DNA from: Acinetobacter phage vB_AbaSt_W16
Sequence record: PP174317.1
DNA: 64,000 nt
Direction: 5' to 3' (one strand)
Shown: positions 17,173 through 26,792 of the stretch, in pieces
How positions within the stretch are numbered: position 1 is the first letter of the stretch
Layout: each line of letters begins with the position of its first letter
Position numbers and translations under genes: made by a program
Notes under the pieces: generated by a model
Database searches by the model: none
What the model was told of the DNA's origin: nothing
What the model saw: only the letters and a program-made list of their open reading frames with translations

Positions 17173-17469
17173 TCATTCACATTCAATAATCAATTCATGT
17201 ATATAACCATTATCATCTTCGAATTTAAAAATCGTTTGATGATTACACATACTCCACACTGAGCTGACAATAGGTTTCATAAATTCGTCGCTGATTCTAC
17301 CTCCAACGAATTTATGGCCCATAACATTATGCAACGGGTGACGCAACGCAAACCCAAGCATTTCTAAACTTGGAACACAAACAGTAAACTTACTTTGCGT
17401 CACACGTTTTAATTTGCCAAACCAACGCTTTTTATATGTGTATTCTTGGATTCTAAATTTACGGCTCAT
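17173..17469 (-). CDS. Hypothetical protein (98 aa)
   Basis: ORF. Confidence 0.5.
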   Translation of the reverse strand: MSRKFRIQEYTYKKRWFGKLKRVTQSKFTVCVPSLEMLGFALRHPLHNVMGHKFVGGRISDEFMKPIVSSVWSMCNHQTIFKFEDDNGYIHELIIECE

Positions 17470-17494
17470 AATTATTTCCTCAAAAGAATATAAT

Positions 17495-17992
17495 TTATTC
17501 TATCGAGATTTCAAAGTCTTGTACACTGTTTTTAGAAATTTTATCTGTAATAAAATCTGCACAAATTTTAGCTATTTCTAAATCAGATTTCCCACGCACA
17601 GCTAATGCTTCATATGATTCCGTAATTGCCTGAATTAGCATAAAGTCGCTAGATGAAAATTCCTTTAAAAACTTTTTAGCTTTTGCAAAATTAGCTTGTT
17701 TAATAATTTGCAAGCACTTATCAAACCATTGCTGTTTAATATATTCTTCATCAATAGCAAGAGTTAAGTGCCGAGCTATATCAAATGAAACTCGAGGATT
17801 AACATCTTCAAAGTTCATAAGATTAAGAGTTACTTTATGCTCATCTTCTTTGCTCGGTTCAATTTCAAGTCGTTTAATATCCGATAATCGAATAATACCA
17901 AATGGGTCATTTGCTTCAAGAATCGCATAAACATTACGAGCTATTTGTTGAATTTGATCTTTTGATTCAACATACTGATTTAAAACGTCCAT
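17495..17992 (-). CDS. Hypothetical protein (165 aa)
   Basis: ORF. Confidence 0.55.
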   Translation of the reverse strand: MDVLNQYVESKDQIQQIARNVYAILEANDPFGIIRLSDIKRLEIEPSKEDEHKVTLNLMNFEDVNPRVSFDIARHLTLAIDEEYIKQQWFDKCLQIIKQANFAKAKKFLKEFSSSDFMLIQAITESYEALAVRGKSDLEIAKICADFITDKISKNSVQDFEISIE

Positions 17993-18351
17993 TAGATTAT
18001 ACCTGTTGTCATCATTGTAAACAATTGATCATTTGTGTAATGTTTCCACATTGGCCCAAGAGCTTCTTGAGTTTCATCATATAATTCATTAAATTCAGAA
18101 TTATATGTTTTACATAAAATTTCAAGTTGACTGTATTCAATACGCTCAATATCACCAGACTGCTGGCTCCAATTAAGATGAGCTTTATCAAATTCACTTC
18201 TATTAACATCTAATGCTTTACGCAAAAGAGCAGCAGATCGAGCTTTCCATGGATTATCATTAGATAATCCCGACTGATACTCTGCTTTTAATTTCAATAC
18301 GTCTGTATTGATTTTTTTAATAACTTCAAGATATTCAAAAATAGTATACAT
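17992..18351 (-). CDS. Hypothetical protein (119 aa)
   Basis: ORF. Confidence 0.5.
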   Translation of the reverse strand: MYTIFEYLEVIKKINTDVLKLKAEYQSGLSNDNPWKARSAALLRKALDVNRSEFDKAHLNWSQQSGDIERIEYSQLEILCKTYNSEFNELYDETQEALGPMWKHYTNDQLFTMMTTGII

Positions 18352-18352
18352 A

Positions 18353-19393
18353 TTAAATTTTCCTATATTTCATCATACGAACTTTAGCCATTAACCCTGA
18401 TGCATAGTTATTAAGAATATAATCTTCAATCTGTTCAGGTGTCGCACCATCTTTAACAATCATATCATTAATATCTTTAGATGGCCACGGCGCAGAATCC
18501 CAAAAACAAACGTTTTCTCCTGCATCAATAAGAGATTGCATACGTTTAAGAGTGTCTTCATGTCGGCATTCATTATCCATAACCCATATGCGATTGCCTT
18601 CATATGGGACCTGGTCCAGACTTAATTTACCACCTGTAATCGCACATGCATTTGATAAAAATAAACTGTCGAGTGGACCTTCTAACATTAATACTGGTTT
18701 CGATTCATCGACTGTATCTTGGCCATAAATTTTTGTCGATTCTTCATCGACTTTAATAGTTATATATTTTACGCGTGATTCTTTAAGTGCTCTTCCTTGA
18801 AAAGATTCGATTTGACCATCTTTATTAAAAATCGGAATGACTAATCGATACTCAGGCATTACTTTTGCAAATGTACCGGGTTTAACTTTATTACAAAGCT
18901 CTTGCCATTGCGATGTAAACCATAATCGATTATACTTTTCAGTGGGAATCTTTCGAGCTTCAACATACTTAATAATTGGATGGGATTTTGGTAAAGTATC
19001 CAATCGTTGACAATAATCCAATTTTTCAATATGTTTTACTACGTCAGCCTTTTTAGGCTGAACATATAATTCTTTACCTGGTTGTGTGTATCGATTATTA
19101 GTTTTATGTGCACCCTCTTTAAACTGCGCCATTTGGTAATTTTTAAATGCATCTTCATCATATTCACGTAAAAACATACCAAAGCTATTTGAATAATCAC
19201 AGTTATAGCAGTGAACGAATTTTGTACCCTTATGTTCATAATACCAAAATCGAGCCATAAAAGCATCTTTTGCTGAGTCCCCACACACAGGACAACTACA
19301 ATTTAATTTAAGGGGCATTGCTCCTACTTGTTTAAAGTTTCTCTGTAAAGAGAAATATTGCAATGCGTATTCATCATCAATAAAACTACTCAT
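18353..19393 (-). CDS. 61: DNA primase (gp61)
   Basis: Zinc-ribbon CPVCGDS...HCYNC, TOPRIM VLEGPLDSLF and C-terminal MIVKDGATPEQIEDY...GLMAKVRMMKYRKI align along the length of T4 gp61. Confidence 0.92.
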   Translation of the reverse strand: MSSFIDDEYALQYFSLQRNFKQVGAMPLKLNCSCPVCGDSAKDAFMARFWYYEHKGTKFVHCYNCDYSNSFGMFLREYDEDAFKNYQMAQFKEGAHKTNNRYTQPGKELYVQPKKADVVKHIEKLDYCQRLDTLPKSHPIIKYVEARKIPTEKYNRLWFTSQWQELCNKVKPGTFAKVMPEYRLVIPIFNKDGQIESFQGRALKESRVKYITIKVDEESTKIYGQDTVDESKPVLMLEGPLDSLFLSNACAITGGKLSLDQVPYEGNRIWVMDNECRHEDTLKRMQSLIDAGENVCFWDSAPWPSKDINDMIVKDGATPEQIEDYILNNYASGLMAKVRMMKYRKI

Positions 19394-19410
19394 CTCAACC
19401 TCAAATAAAA

Positions 19411-19437
19411 AGGGACCCTATTAGGTCCCATTATATA
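19411..19437. terminator. Hairpin GGGACC-ctatta-GGTCCC
   Basis: aaaaGGGACCctattaGGTCCCatta. Confidence 0.55.
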
Positions 19438-19445
19438 ATATAAAA

Positions 19446-19946
19446 TTAAAAAGCGTCCTCGTTATCCTCTTCAATTTCTGAAATAACGTCTTTTAATTTA
19501 GTACGTTTTTTACCAACTGTTTGTGGACCTGCTGAAGTCACTGCACCCGTAGTTGTACCTGACGCAATTTTTTCTGCATTTCCGCCTGCATCACCGGCCG
19601 TCATTTCTTCTGTAAGTATTTGAATACCTTCAGTCAATTCAGCAAGTTCAGACTCTGTAAGACCAAAGCGTGTGCCGATTGCCGATATAGAACTAGAAAT
19701 TGTAGCCCATGTGCTAGCGCCGGGAACAGTTGAAACCATTTTCTTAAGAGTACGCACAGCACCATGAAATGGAGTGTATGCACTTTTTTCTTCGTCTGTT
19801 TTTGGACGTTTAATAACATTTCCACGTTCATCAATTATACCAACCTGGAACGCTTTCCACTCGCTAAAATCTTTTTGCATTAAGCGGATAAATCTATACG
19901 CAAAGGCCGAATCTAATGCGGTTTTAGCCGCGCCTGCAATACTCAT
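19446..19946 (-). CDS. Hypothetical protein (166 aa), Ala/Thr/Gly-rich acidic C-terminus
   Basis: ORF at the position of the T4 61.x genes. Confidence 0.55.
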   Translation of the reverse strand: MSIAGAAKTALDSAFAYRFIRLMQKDFSEWKAFQVGIIDERGNVIKRPKTDEEKSAYTPFHGAVRTLKKMVSTVPGASTWATISSSISAIGTRFGLTESELAELTEGIQILTEEMTAGDAGGNAEKIASGTTTGAVTSAGPQTVGKKRTKLKDVISEIEEDNEDAF

Positions 19947-19977
19947 AACCTTCTCCTAAAGAAAGTATTTACCTTAA

Positions 19978-20328
19978 TTATATACGCCACCGTTTTGTGT
20001 ATGTTTCGGCAATTTGAAGTTCTTCTGGACCAAATCCAACTAATTTTAAATCATCTTTTTCCAGGCCAAAGAATTTCAAAAGATACTTCGATTCAAAAAT
20101 GGCACGATCGATACACTCTTCAATCGTTAAATCATGTTTTGTTTGATGACATGCATATTCTAAAATATTATCCGTATTAAAAATTGCCAGTTCTTTTAAG
20201 TCAGTGCGTACCGCACGTAAAAAGAACTGAGCGTTACCCGAACTTTCATATGCGCGTACAATCTGTACTGCTACTTCATTAATGCGCGGGTTCTTGTCTA
20301 CCATTTGAATTTCCTCAATTCTTTTCAT
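19978..20328 (-). CDS. Hypothetical protein (116 aa)
   Basis: ORF. Confidence 0.5.
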   Translation of the reverse strand: MKRIEEIQMVDKNPRINEVAVQIVRAYESSGNAQFFLRAVRTDLKELAIFNTDNILEYACHQTKHDLTIEECIDRAIFESKYLLKFFGLEKDDLKLVGFGPEELQIAETYTKRWRI

Positions 20329-21343
20329 ATTTGTTAATGCTACGTAAATAGTTTTCTACTTCATAATCTGTATAAGGTAGACCAGTATCTTTAATCAATT
20401 TAATTTCTTTCATGAAAGCAACATATGACGCATAACATTTAATTGGCGCTGCTGGTAAATGGCCATATTTGTGTGCTGCAACATTAAATTTTATGTGCAG
20501 ATCCATTACCTTTTCCATATGCTTAATTAAATTTTTATGACGCTTGGCGCGTTCGATCGATTTTGTCGCAAGCATCTCATTTACCCAATAAGATTCAAGA
20601 GAATCGATCTTTGTCCATTCGCTTAATTTTGGCGCACCACCTTCAATCGCACGTAAGAAGTCTTCGGCCAATTTAAACATTGATTCGTTTGATTCAAAAT
20701 AGTAAGGAATTCCATCATAAGAACGTCCTACATCATCACCATTAAAAGCTTTGCCTACGACCATTTCATTATATGTTTCGTCTTTGTATAAGCGATACAC
20801 ATTTATTTGTTCAAAATTAATTGAGGATTCCGATTCAATTTCAATTGCAATATTCTTGCTAACATAAATGCCTGGTTTTATGAATTCGGGATACGTACTA
20901 AACTCTATAACTTTACCAAATGGAGTCGGTTCGACTTTAATAACACCCGCTTTTATTTCTAATTCGATAGTATTAAGTACAGATTTAATTAAATCCGGCG
21001 AATCATTCCCATCGATAAGCATTGTATTGCTAGGCAAAAGCATAATAGTATGTTTAAAAGTTGGGCAAGAAATTGTAATTTTTTTCGCAGCATTTTTACG
21101 AGTAAAAATTTCAGGTGCAATGCCGGCATCTATTTCATACATCGCTGAGTTAAAAGTATACTCGGTTTTATTTGTAAATCGATGGAAAAAGTATTCAAAC
21201 TTTTCAACCATTTTTAATAGTTCTGACGGAGAAGGGCTTTTTACATTAAAGTCTGTGTCACGAGAGGCATCAATTGGAGTTGTAGATGAAACTACTTGTG
21301 CTTCGTCTGGTTTAAACCCAAATAAATTAGACCAAAATCCCAT
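20315..21343 (-). CDS. Hypothetical protein (about 342 aa, start MGFWSNLFGF)
   Basis: Long ORF. Start set at the ATG preceded by GAGGA, just after the stop of the upstream zinc-ribbon micro-ORF. Confidence 0.55.
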   Translation of the reverse strand: MGFWSNLFGFKPDEAQVVSSTTPIDASRDTDFNVKSPSPSELLKMVEKFEYFFHRFTNKTEYTFNSAMYEIDAGIAPEIFTRKNAAKKITISCPTFKHTIMLLPSNTMLIDGNDSPDLIKSVLNTIELEIKAGVIKVEPTPFGKVIEFSTYPEFIKPGIYVSKNIAIEIESESSINFEQINVYRLYKDETYNEMVVGKAFNGDDVGRSYDGIPYYFESNESMFKLAEDFLRAIEGGAPKLSEWTKIDSLESYWVNEMLATKSIERAKRHKNLIKHMEKVMDLHIKFNVAAHKYGHLPAAPIKCYASYVAFMKEIKLIKDTGLPYTDYEVENYLRSINKYEKN

Positions 21344-21356
21344 TTTAATATCCTCA

Positions 21357-21529
21357 AAAATTGCTGTAATTGCATGTTTTGCAGATACGATGATCTGCAT
21401 GGCCAGGTTTATTGTGATCACCGCACTTGTCTAATGACGATTGACATTTAGGACATTTTCTTAAAGGCGATGAAAACTTTTTAGAACTATTACGTTTAGC
21501 TCCTTTACCATCACGATTACTCATAACCA
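21357..21529 (-). CDS. Possible small zinc-ribbon protein (57 aa; CPKC...C...H...CKTC)
   Basis: MVMSNRDGKGAKRNSSKKFSSPLRKCPKCQSSLDKCGDHNKPGHADHRICKTCNYSNF. Below the ORF-track cutoff; fills the gap between 21343 and 21534. Confidence 0.4.
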
Positions 21530-21533
21530 TCTC

Positions 21534-22310
21534 TTATATAATTTTCCAATCAGACCATTCTGATTTATTTGAATGTAATCTATTATACATTACTTTTCGG
21601 GTAATGTGTAACTTTTCTCTTGCTTCTTTTTGCGTTGCGTATATAACGCCATCAATTGAGACTTTAGTGGCTTTTGGGTTACGTTCGGTAAATAACTTAC
21701 GAGCTGATTCTTTTTGCTTGTCGGTTGTAGTCCCGCCTTTATTCCAGTGGTTTTCTCCTGATAATGCTTTACTAATTTTTTCTTTGTGTTCTTCAGAACA
21801 CGGTACTCCTTTGCGCGGGTTGTTTTTAAGTTGCCATTGTCGATTCTTTTCAATAGATTCTTTAGAAATTACTTTACCTAAATTAGAAATTCTAATTTTT
21901 TCTTTATGTTCTTCTGACAACGGAATTCCTCTAGTAGGATGATTTTGTAATAATTTCAAACTGAGCTTTTCTTTTGTTTCTTTTGTATGACGTCTACCTT
22001 TAAACCCACCTCCAGCGGCTAAAGATATATTATACCCATTTTTATAATTTCGAGAATCATAAAAAGACACCCATTTATTTTCATGTTTAAAATATTCTGA
22101 TCTATTGTATTCGCCTAAACTTTCTAATATAACAAAATTGAATGATTTTTCACCATATTTAATGTAAGCTCTTTGCAAATGAACATTTATGTGTTTATTC
22201 ATTTGCAAATCTTTTAAATGACGTTTATAACGTTCTACAAAATTTTTAGCTGATCCAATATAAACTTTGTTATTAATAGTGTTCACTATTTTATAAATCC
22301 CGCCTGACAT
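21534..22310 (-). CDS. GIY-YIG homing endonuclease (Seg-like) with two NUMOD3 DNA-binding repeats
   Basis: GIYKIVNTINNKVYIGSAKNFVERYKRH (GIY-YIG) plus GIPLSEEHKEKI / GVPCSEEHKEKISKA (NUMOD3). The two repeats are also visible as a direct DNA repeat at about 21770-21960. Confidence 0.85.
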   Translation of the reverse strand: MSGGIYKIVNTINNKVYIGSAKNFVERYKRHLKDLQMNKHINVHLQRAYIKYGEKSFNFVILESLGEYNRSEYFKHENKWVSFYDSRNYKNGYNISLAAGGGFKGRRHTKETKEKLSLKLLQNHPTRGIPLSEEHKEKIRISNLGKVISKESIEKNRQWQLKNNPRKGVPCSEEHKEKISKALSGENHWNKGGTTTDKQKESARKLFTERNPKATKVSIDGVIYATQKEAREKLHITRKVMYNRLHSNKSEWSDWKII

Positions 22311-22341
22311 ATATGTATACCTTTTAATTTATTATACATAT

Positions 22342-22656
22342 TTATATTGGATAGCAGAATGCCCATGACGCGTGATAAACAGAAGCGCCTTTAGTATCAT
22401 TCATACAAACCATATCAACAGGACATACTACGCGATAAATCTTTGGTTCACCGCCAAATTGATTACATGCACGTCCGGCATAAACTTTAGCCAAACCAAG
22501 ATCAGCAGTAAAAAATACTCGATCGAGATTTTTATTACGGCCTTTTTCTGATAAAGTATCAGACACAATAGGGGGTAACAACATGTTCTCAATCCCACAT
22601 GCACTTGAAGAGCCGTGATAAAACACTTTAACTTCAGCAGGAAATAAATTGACCAT
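22342..22656 (-). CDS. Hypothetical protein (104 aa) with a YHGSS motif
   Basis: ORF; a possible late promoter TATAAATA lies on the minus strand at 22343-22350. Confidence 0.5.
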   Translation of the reverse strand: MVNLFPAEVKVFYHGSSSACGIENMLLPPIVSDTLSEKGRNKNLDRVFFTADLGLAKVYAGRACNQFGGEPKIYRVVCPVDMVCMNDTKGASVYHASWAFCYPI

Positions 22657-22706
22657 GATTGTTACCTTAATTAGTTGATGAGTTTATTATACACCAGCTT
22701 GGTTAA

Positions 22707-22904
22707 TTAAGTACACCACTTTTTGCACCCTTTTGCATGATAAACAGGTTCTTGAGGTACTCCATCTTTAATTATAAATCCCATTGCAGTGATTGGCGTA
22801 CCATTAACATCATTTAAGAATGCACTATGCACTTGAACTTCACCTTTACCATGAATAGTAATTGATTGATCACATTCTGACGATACGTATTTTTTAATTT
22901 GCAT
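22707..22904 (-). CDS. Hypothetical small protein (65 aa)
   Basis: ORF. Confidence 0.45.
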   Translation of the reverse strand: MQIKKYVSSECDQSITIHGKGEVQVHSAFLNDVNGTPITAMGFIIKDGVPQEPVYHAKGCKKWCT

Positions 22905-23223
22905 TTTTCAATTCTCCGCATTTATATAAAAATTGTTCAATATTTGCATAATAACTTTCTTGGCCTGTAACATCAACACCACCATTCATAGTGAATGCTA
23001 ATGAGCGACATGTTTTTGCAAGTTCATTTGTATCGTTATATGTAACATCTCGATTTGAATTACCTTTCATACACATTTTAAAGTCTTCACGAATTTGAGC
23101 CCGATTGACAATGTTGTTTTTAACTAATACGCGATTTGAATCACCAATTTCGCATAAAGGCGTTTCAACCTGTTTTAAACACCCTGTGAATAAGATAGGT
23201 AATAAAAGAAGTACGTATTTCAT
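22894..23223 (-). CDS. Lipoprotein (signal peptide with LFTGC lipobox)
   Basis: MKYVLLLLPILFTGC; 109 aa, 5 Cys. Confidence 0.6.
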   Translation of the reverse strand: MKYVLLLLPILFTGCLKQVETPLCEIGDSNRVLVKNNIVNRAQIREDFKMCMKGNSNRDVTYNDTNELAKTCRSLAFTMNGGVDVTGQESYYANIEQFLYKCGELKNAN

Positions 23224-23225
23224 TT

Positions 23226-23483
23226 TTATTCATCCGCGATTAATTGAATTGTTGTTCCAGCAGGACAGATATCCCAACCCTGAACAGACGGCCAGGTTTT
23301 AGAATGATACCCAATTTGAAAAGAGGGTTCAAATGTCTTAGCATCAGCTTGTACAACTGTGCCCTCTTGGGCTGATGTAAACAAAACTGTAATACAATGA
23401 CTAGAATTAGGGTGCATACGACGTCTAGCCAATAATGGGAATTTGAGTTTTGTTGGACCGTTTAATTTAAGAATACATTTCAT
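23226..23483 (-). CDS. Hypothetical protein (85 aa)
   Basis: ORF. Confidence 0.45.
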   Translation of the reverse strand: MKCILKLNGPTKLKFPLLARRRMHPNSSHCITVLFTSAQEGTVVQADAKTFEPSFQIGYHSKTWPSVQGWDICPAGTTIQLIADE

Positions 23484-23489
23484 TTTTAA

Positions 23490-23765
23490 TCACCCAAAGC
23501 TAAGATTTGAACCGGTTAAAACTGCACATAAATCAGATACCGCTCCTTCAATATTGTTATTCCAATATTCATTTTCCCATGTAATAAATGTTACATCGCC
23601 TGTGCGTGTTTGAACAAGTAAAGTAATATCTTTATACTTGATTTTAACAACATACTTGTCATCGGTATGTTCCAATGTAATTTGACGCATTGAACCGCCA
23701 TTAATTACCCATAGTGAACCTGGATATTGTTGTGTAACAATCGGTGAAATTTTGTGCTTAATCAT
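23490..23765 (-). CDS. Hypothetical protein (91 aa)
   Basis: ORF. Confidence 0.5.
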   Translation of the reverse strand: MIKHKISPIVTQQYPGSLWVINGGSMRQITLEHTDDKYVVKIKYKDITLLVQTRTGDVTFITWENEYWNNNIEGAVSDLCAVLTGSNLSFG

Positions 23766-23820
23766 TTTAATTTCCTCATTTAAAATGCTTTATTGCATTT
23801 GATGTAGCCATTATAGTAAA

Positions 23821-23850
23821 AAAGGTTATGCTTGTACATAACCTTTTGAA
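23821..23850. terminator. Hairpin AAGGTTAT-gcttgtaca-TAACCTT
   Basis: Loop contains TGTACAT. Confidence 0.5.
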
Positions 23851-23860
23851 TAATTTTTAA

Positions 23861-24334
23861 TCATTTAAACCATTTTGGTGGATTACGTTTAGACCACTTT
23901 GCAAGATGTGCTTTTTCATTTGAATACAAGCTACGATAATGTTTAACTGCATTTTGATAATGAATTTTGCCTGGCATAACTGCTACAAATTCAGTTAATT
24001 TATTTTTACCCCCGGGAATACGTTCGATTGAATCAATAAGTTCAGGAATTAAACGAGAACTCGCATGTACTTTTCCATAACGATGCGTGTATTCGGCAAA
24101 TAATTCAATAACCAAATTTAATAAGTATTCAAAATTTTGGCGAGATTCCATAACCCAAAGTACGCTTGGATGATTTTTATGTGTTGCTTTATATAAAGTT
24201 TCACTTTCAATTCCATTTAAACGACATACAGTAGAAAGAATTTGGCAATATTCGACACACATTTTAACAACGTGTTTATCACAATGTGCTTGTGCATTGA
24301 AAGATGGATTCACATCAAAAAGAAAAATATTCAT
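23861..24334 (-). CDS. Hypothetical protein (157 aa; FDVNP...HCDKHVVKM N-terminus)
   Basis: ORF. Confidence 0.55.
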   Translation of the reverse strand: MNIFLFDVNPSFNAQAHCDKHVVKMCVEYCQILSTVCRLNGIESETLYKATHKNHPSVLWVMESRQNFEYLLNLVIELFAEYTHRYGKVHASSRLIPELIDSIERIPGGKNKLTEFVAVMPGKIHYQNAVKHYRSLYSNEKAHLAKWSKRNPPKWFK

Positions 24335-24344
24335 ATTAAATTAC

Positions 24345-24887
24345 TCACTTAAATTTTGTAAATGTAATCAAACGGATTACACGGTCACATTCCGAGATTA
24401 GAAAATCAACTGCGTTCCAACGAGCGTTATTAAGCCATATTGTACCACGTCTTGATTCATGATCAAACTCTCTTTTACCTCCAATTGGATATGCAAGTTG
24501 GCCATAATGACAATTCCAACCGTCAAAAGCATCGCGAGTTTGTTTGGCTAAAGCTAATCGGTGCAAAGGAACTGCACCGCAAATACCGCGAGATAACGAT
24601 ACGGTATTTTCTAAGCTTTTAATATAAACGCGATATGATTTTTTATCATGTCTTACAGAGCATTCCTGTAAAATATCTTTAGCTTGAACTAAAGATACTA
24701 ATTGTGTTTTAAGAGCTTCCATTTCGGCAACTGTTATACAATCAATACCATATAACTTAATTTCCGTATTTCGCATTGTTTTTGCACGATATCGTGTATA
24801 TGAACCATCATATTTTTCAATGGATTGTAAAATATAAACTTCTCCACGGTACAAAACTTTTGTACCTAATGGTATTTTGTCATACAT
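24345..24887 (-). CDS. Hypothetical protein, member 3 of the YPxGG...WLNxxRW paralog family
   Basis: C-terminus YPIGGKREFDHESRRGTIWLNNARWNAVDF. Confidence 0.6.
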   Translation of the reverse strand: MYDKIPLGTKVLYRGEVYILQSIEKYDGSYTRYRAKTMRNTEIKLYGIDCITVAEMEALKTQLVSLVQAKDILQECSVRHDKKSYRVYIKSLENTVSLSRGICGAVPLHRLALAKQTRDAFDGWNCHYGQLAYPIGGKREFDHESRRGTIWLNNARWNAVDFLISECDRVIRLITFTKFK

Positions 24888-24928
24888 TTCAATTTACTCA
24901 TTATTAATTGATATAATCTATAATACTA

Positions 24929-24958
24929 AAAAACCAGGGTTATGTACATAACCCTGGT
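24929..24958. terminator. Hairpin CCAGGGTTA-tgtaca-TAACCCTGG
   Basis: aaaaaCCAGGGTTAtgtacaTAACCCTGGtcc; a near-identical hairpin lies at 32789-32818. Confidence 0.6.
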
Positions 24959-24963
24959 CCTTA

Positions 24964-25124
24964 TTTTTAACCTAAAATATTGTATTTGGTTAACAATTGA
25001 TCAATAATCAAATACCATCCTATAGGAGGAAATAAAACTGCACCTAATGTCCACCAAAATCCTTTGGCGATAACAATACCTGCAATATAAACAATAAATG
25101 CAAAAAGTCTAACTAATGCGCTCA
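24964..25124 (-). CDS. Possible micro-ORF, 52-aa membrane peptide (MSALVRLFAFIVYIAGIVIAKGFWWTLGAVLFPPIGWYLI...)
   Basis: ATG overlaps the upstream stop (ATATGA). Below the ORF-track cutoff. Confidence 0.35.
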
Positions 25125-25592
25125 TATTTTATCCCTTTTACGTAAAGTGTCGATTGTGCTTAAAACATTTTCCATTGACGCTTTCATATAACGTGCCAGG
25201 CTAATGCGACGAGGGTTTAACCATAAGTTTAGTTCATCTTGCGGTCGTGTACCATATTCATTTTGCCCGCCCACTGGATAAACCGGACTATATTCTGGAT
25301 TATATTCAGGCCATTCTGATATTAATTTATATTTTAATGTACCAAATGTAATATCGGCCGCATAACATAACCCATCTTCTTTGGGTTTAATTACTAAACG
25401 ACTTTCACCCAATACTACAACATGATGATTGGTATTTTGCAATTCATCTAAATTATCTAAGATGACATTAATTTTACGGATTGCAATTGGTAAATATTTA
25501 ACAAAATAATCCAAACGAGCTGGATCGTGATGCTGAAGATATTCAATGTATTCTGTTGAAGTCATTTTTTGTATATATTCAGGCATAGTCAT
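25122..25592 (-). CDS. Hypothetical protein, member 4 of the YPxGG...WLNxxRW paralog family
   Basis: C-terminus YPVGGQNEYGTRPQDELNLWLNPRRISLARY. Confidence 0.6.
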   Translation of the reverse strand: MTMPEYIQKMTSTEYIEYLQHHDPARLDYFVKYLPIAIRKINVILDNLDELQNTNHHVVVLGESRLVIKPKEDGLCYAADITFGTLKYKLISEWPEYNPEYSPVYPVGGQNEYGTRPQDELNLWLNPRRISLARYMKASMENVLSTIDTLRKRDKI

Positions 25593-26548
25593 AACTGATC
25601 GTCCATATGCATAATAAGTTTATCTGAATCACGAGCAAGAATAAATTTATCAACATAAATCCCATCATACATTCGTGATACCAGGTCATAATTTTCCCAA
25701 GCAAACTGTCTAAACCAACCGCTTGTTATTGAAGTACAAACTTTTTCTAGAGCCATATCAAAAGCTTGACGCGGGTTAACTTTAAAGTCGCTTGGAATAA
25801 GCACACGTTCCAATGCAAGCACGTACGTTTCTTCTAACACACCAAGCAATTGAATCTCACGAGGTTGTGCAAAAAACTTTTCACGTGAACTTTTGACTTC
25901 TTGATTATATTCCATATAATGCGTATAAGCAGGTTTAGCTAAAACTTTAACTGCATCATGAAGTGAATCGTGATCATACACATACGCAAAATTTGAGGTA
26001 AAGAAATCTGCTTTACTTACATTCAGCTTAGGATGTGAATAATCATAAGTTTCTTTTTCGCGCAACTTTAACCAGGCTTCATCATAAACCTTTGCGCCAA
26101 TTTTTTGTAGATTGCGAATAGTCACCATCGTCTTTCTAAAGTGAGGTGAATTCTTAAGATATCGATGGGACCATTTCAACATGAACAACACATCTAATGG
26201 GGCAACTTTACAAATCACACCATTAATAGTTGTGTATTCTTTCCAATAAGATGAAATCAACAATAAATCTGATGTGCTTGTGTCATCGTTATGATCAAGA
26301 GGATACGTAATCTCAAAAATCTTGCCATCACATTTAAATGCTTTTGTATGTGTATTGAATTTTTTAGAGGTTATATTAACCAATGGTGTAATTTCAATCG
26401 CATTTTCTTGAATTACGCTACTGATACCTTTTGCATCATATTCATCTTGTACAATAAGATCATAATCTTTAGGCACAATATTATGCACAATTTCCATTTT
26501 ATCAAGATGGTATGCGAGTGCTGCAGAACCAATTAAAAGAGGTCTCAT
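25589..26548 (-). CDS. Hypothetical protein (319 aa), possible nucleotidyltransferase-like N-terminus
   Basis: LIGSAALAYHL...DYDLIV loosely fits the GS...DxD NTase fold signature but with atypical spacing. Confidence 0.5.
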   Translation of the reverse strand: MRPLLIGSAALAYHLDKMEIVHNIVPKDYDLIVQDEYDAKGISSVIQENAIEITPLVNITSKKFNTHTKAFKCDGKIFEITYPLDHNDDTSTSDLLLISSYWKEYTTINGVICKVAPLDVLFMLKWSHRYLKNSPHFRKTMVTIRNLQKIGAKVYDEAWLKLREKETYDYSHPKLNVSKADFFTSNFAYVYDHDSLHDAVKVLAKPAYTHYMEYNQEVKSSREKFFAQPREIQLLGVLEETYVLALERVLIPSDFKVNPRQAFDMALEKVCTSITSGWFRQFAWENYDLVSRMYDGIYVDKFILARDSDKLIMHMDDQL

Positions 26549-26733
26549 TTTTTACGTCCTGTATTAATATTAAGAAGACGTTTAATGTCTTTTTGAATAC
26601 GGTTCAATTCATCATAATCGGACCGGTCAGTAATACATACCGTTGCAATACTTGGCCCAGGCCGCATGGTTTTCATTACACTTTTAATATTAGTGCGAGC
26701 CGCAATAATAAGTTGTGTTTGTAAATTATTCAT
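26545..26733 (-). CDS. Hypothetical small protein (62 aa)
   Basis: ORF coupled to the downstream gene. Confidence 0.45.
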   Translation of the reverse strand: MNNLQTQLIIAARTNIKSVMKTMRPGPSIATVCITDRSDYDELNRIQKDIKRLLNINTGRKK

Positions 26734-26792
26734 GATATTTTCCTCTAAGACGTGTCAAATTATTTTAAACCAAAATACCTCTTATGTACATA

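Noticed and set aside
20868-21434. 188-aa plus-strand ORF
   Set aside because: It lies entirely inside and antisense to the 342-aa minus-strand gene. All confirmed genes here are minus-strand, and there is no RBS.
25589-26548. Confident nucleotidyltransferase call for the 319-aa ORF
   Set aside because: The GS...DYD spacing is atypical (22 residues rather than about 12) and no second acidic motif was found. It is kept only as a weak possibility in the feature list.
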